DNA from: Naegleria gruberi
Taxonomy: Eukaryota
Reading direction: 5' to 3' (one strand)
Assembly (NCBI GenBank): GCA_000004985.1
Contig: GG739467.1
DNA length: 1,262 nucleotides
Shown: in pieces, positions 1 through 1,262 of the stretch
How positions within the stretch are numbered: the first letter of the stretch is position 1
Layout of the letters: each line of letters begins with the position of its first letter
Notes under the pieces: generated by a model
Told to the model about the DNA's origin: nothing
Seen by the model: only the letters and a program-made list of their open reading frames with translations
The model's database searches: none
Program-made: the position numbers and the translations under genes

Positions 1-107
1 CTGTTCACACCGGGGGTCGGTAACCCTCCCCGCCTGATGAAGGGCGGTGGGCACCCCCAGCCCTTGCGGCTGGGAGCCAAGGCAGCGCGTAACTGCGGGG
101 CGCTGCT

Positions 108-176
108 AACCAACCAACCAAACCTGACCCGCCACCAGCCAACCAGCCCACCAGCCAGCCAACCACCAGCCACGCG
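108..176 (+). repeat. Degenerate CCAACC/CCAGCC hexamer-like low-complexity tract (C/A-rich microsatellite-like)
   Basis: The sequence TAACCAACCAACCAAACCTGACCCGCCACCAGCCAACCAGCCCACCAGCCAGCCAACCACCAGCCACGCG was read directly. It contains (CCAA)x3 followed by repeated CCAGCC/CCAACC units. Confidence 0.8.
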
Positions 177-235
177 CCCTCTGGCCCACCCAGGCCACGC
201 GTGCGGTCGAGGCACCCTACAGCCAGCCGGCAGAA

Positions 236-257
236 CCCACGGCCATTCCCACGGCCA
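236..257 (+). repeat. Short direct repeat CCCACGGCCA x2 (period 12)
   Basis: CCCACGGCCA at 236-245 and 248-257, separated by TT. Confidence 0.7.
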
Positions 258-298
258 ACGGTCCAACCCGCTGCCAGTCCTGACCCCAGGGCTGTCCA

Positions 299-330
299 GG
301 GAGCCTCCCGCGTGTGTGACCCGGGAGCCT
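299..330 (+). repeat. Direct repeat GGGAGCCT x2 (period 24) flanking a short (GT)4 run
   Basis: GGGAGCCT at 299-306 and 323-330, with GTGTGTG at 313-319 between them. Confidence 0.6.
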
Positions 331-388
331 AGGAGGGCCCCCCAACCGTCCGGCCCAACCGCTGCCCCTGGGGCCGATTCAGATACCT

Positions 389-499
389 CAACCGCAGCCT
401 TTTGGGCTGCCCACAGCCAAACCGCAGCCTTTTGGGCTGCCCAGATCCTACCAGCCTACCACCGCAGCCCTTTGGGCTGCCCTACCACCACAGCCAGCG
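389..499 (+). repeat. Three imperfect tandem copies of a ~22-nt core ACCGCAGCCYTTTGGGCTGCCC separated by variable CCA/CCTACC-rich linkers (unit lengths ~30 and ~40 nt)
   Basis: Core copies read directly at 391-412 (ACCGCAGCCTTTTGGGCTGCCC), 421-442 (identical) and 461-482 (ACCGCAGCCCTTTGGGCTGCCC, one substitution). Linkers are CACAGCCAA, then AGATCCTACCAGCCTACC, then TACCACCACAGCCAGCG. Each core contains an inverted repeat GCAGCC-TTTT-GGCTGC that can form a 6-bp stem with a 4-nt loop. Confidence 0.9.
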
Positions 500-561
500 A
501 AGCCTGGACCGAGGGGAAACCCTTGACCCGGGACGAGCCAGCTGTTTTTCAATATTGATTA

Positions 562-576
562 CCCGCATTAAGCGGG
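562..576 (+). other. Small perfect hairpin CCCGC-ATTAA-GCGGG in the proximal ETS, immediately after a T5 run (545-549)
   Basis: Inverted repeat read directly: CCCGC (562-566), loop ATTAA (567-571), GCGGG (572-576). It is preceded by GCTGTTTTTCAATATTGATT. Function unknown. It could be an ETS processing or snoRNA-associated structure, or fortuitous. Confidence 0.4.
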
Positions 577-613
577 AAACCCTCGCAAGAGGAACCCCAT
601 ACCTCAGAGACCC

Positions 614-630
614 AAACGATTCATTCGTTT
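614..630 (+). other. Hairpin AAACGA-TTCAT-TCGTTT in the proximal ETS
   Basis: 6-bp perfect inverted repeat with a 5-nt loop, read directly at 614-630. Confidence 0.4.
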
Positions 631-748
631 AGGCTCAAATCGAGTTCATAATGGCAAACGGATGGATAGCCAGTAGGTGGTGCAAACCAACGAACGCTTG
701 AAATCCAACCGGAGCGCAAACAAGGTAAAACTCGTTTTGCTCCAGTGA

Positions 749-1262
749 TACCTGGTTGATCCTGCCAGTACTATATGCTTGTCTCAAAGCCTAAGCCATG
801 CAAATGTAAGATCAATCATATGCGGTTTCGGCCGTGTATAATGATAGTCTGTGGAAGGCTCATTATAACAGTTATACTCCTAGCCACTGGAAAGTTTACA
901 AGGATACCACCGTTAACTGCAGCGATAATACTTGTTCCCTTCGGGGTGGTAATAGTATTTGTGCTGAAGCCTAGCTATTGTAACCTAGTTTTTCGGGTGT
1001 GGCAACATATTCGGGGGATTAGGAATCGACCGCTAGCAGGTGCCTTCGGGCGCGGGAAAGTGAATTAACAAGGTTTTCATAAGGCCTTTCAGGTTTGCTT
1101 TTTCTAGTGGCCAGGCAGAGGAGTTTCTTACCTATCAGCTCGTTGTTTGTTTAAAGGACAAACCAGGCTTTGACGGGTACGGGGAATCAGTGTTCGATTC
1201 CGGAGAGGGAGCCTGAGAAATCGCTACCACATCTAAGGACGGCAGCAGGCGCGCAAATTACC
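749..1262 (+). rRNA. Small-subunit (18S-type) ribosomal RNA, 5' portion; partial, truncated at the window's right edge
   Basis: Positions 749-770 read TACCTGGTTGATCCTGCCAGTA, the universal eukaryotic SSU 5' terminus (EukA primer site AACCTGGTTGATCCTGCCAGT). Downstream conserved SSU blocks occur in the expected order: GCTTGTCTCAAAG...TAAGCCATGCA (775-802), GGCTCATTATAACAG (857-871), and GACGGGTACGGGGAATCAGTGTTCGATTCCGGAGAGGGAGCCTGAGAAATCGCTACCACATCTAAGGACGGCAGCAGGCGCGCAAATTACC (1172-1262). The last block matches the eukaryotic consensus ...GGAGAGGGAGCCTGAGAAACGGCTACCACATCCAAGGAAGGCAGCAGGCGCGCAAATTACC. The GCGCGCAAATTACC variant is eukaryote-specific, distinct from bacterial GGCAGCAGTGGGGAAT. 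The 5' end to this block spans ~514 nt against ~400-430 nt in yeast or human, implying ~100 nt of expansion in the V2 region (~900-1170). Confidence 0.93.

Larger units (their letters stand above)
1..748 (+). other. rDNA spacer immediately upstream of the SSU rRNA: 5' external transcribed spacer, possibly including part of the intergenic spacer or Pol I promoter. The transcription start site cannot be placed from sequence alone
   Basis: Non-coding sequence directly abutting the mature 18S 5' end. It is strongly GC-rich with C/A strand bias and multiple short tandem-repeat families in 1-540, typical of ETS/IGS regions. GC content drops sharply from ~541 onward. Confidence 0.75.

Noticed and set aside
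389-499. Repeat-spacer architecture considered as a CRISPR array
   Set aside because: Only three copies; the 'spacers' are 8-18 nt of the same CCA/CCTACC low-complexity material; the repeats are imperfect; the context is eukaryotic rDNA spacer. This does not fit CRISPR.
37-558. 173-aa ORF on + strand (proline/alanine-rich)
   Set aside because: It lies within GC-rich repetitive rDNA spacer. The translation is low-complexity and simply reflects the nucleotide repeats. No recognisable domain or start context. It directly precedes the 18S gene.
545-576. T-run plus hairpin considered as a rho-independent terminator
   Set aside because: The T-run precedes the hairpin on the + strand, and on the - strand the hairpin is followed by non-U-rich sequence. 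The locus is eukaryotic Pol I rDNA, where intrinsic terminators do not apply.
402-632. 76-aa ORF on + strand
   Set aside because: It overlaps the same spacer repeats in another frame, is short, has low-complexity N-terminal half, and sits in an rDNA ETS context.
775-1068. 97-aa ORF on + strand
   Set aside because: It lies entirely inside the 18S rRNA gene (conserved SSU blocks at 775-802 and 857-871). This is a chance ORF in structured RNA sequence.
1-1262. Search for prokaryotic defense or novel gene system (toxin-antitoxin, RM, retron, etc.)
   Set aside because: No credible CDS on either strand. The entire window is explained by rDNA spacer plus the SSU rRNA 5' region.

Overview
This window is the upstream end of a eukaryotic nuclear rDNA unit, not a protein-coding or prokaryotic locus. 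Positions 1-~540 are a very GC-rich, C/A-biased external transcribed spacer or intergenic spacer containing several families of short imperfect tandem repeats. Positions ~541-748 are a lower-GC spacer segment with small hairpins, leading directly into the gene. At ~749 the small-subunit (18S-type) rRNA begins with the universal eukaryotic 5' terminus TACCTGGTTGATCCTGCCAGTA. It runs off the right edge of the window (partial, 3'-truncated) and ends inside the conserved GGCAGCAGGCGCGCAAATTACC block. The three ORFs in the supplied track are most likely spurious. Two are Pro/Ala/Gln-rich translations of the GC-rich repeat spacer, and one lies inside the rRNA gene. I see no support for a defense system, operon, CRISPR array, mobile element or other novel gene system. 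What may merit follow-up is the divergent SSU sequence, which suggests an unusual protist-type eukaryote, possibly a contaminant or symbiont in a larger assembly, and the repeat architecture of the spacer.
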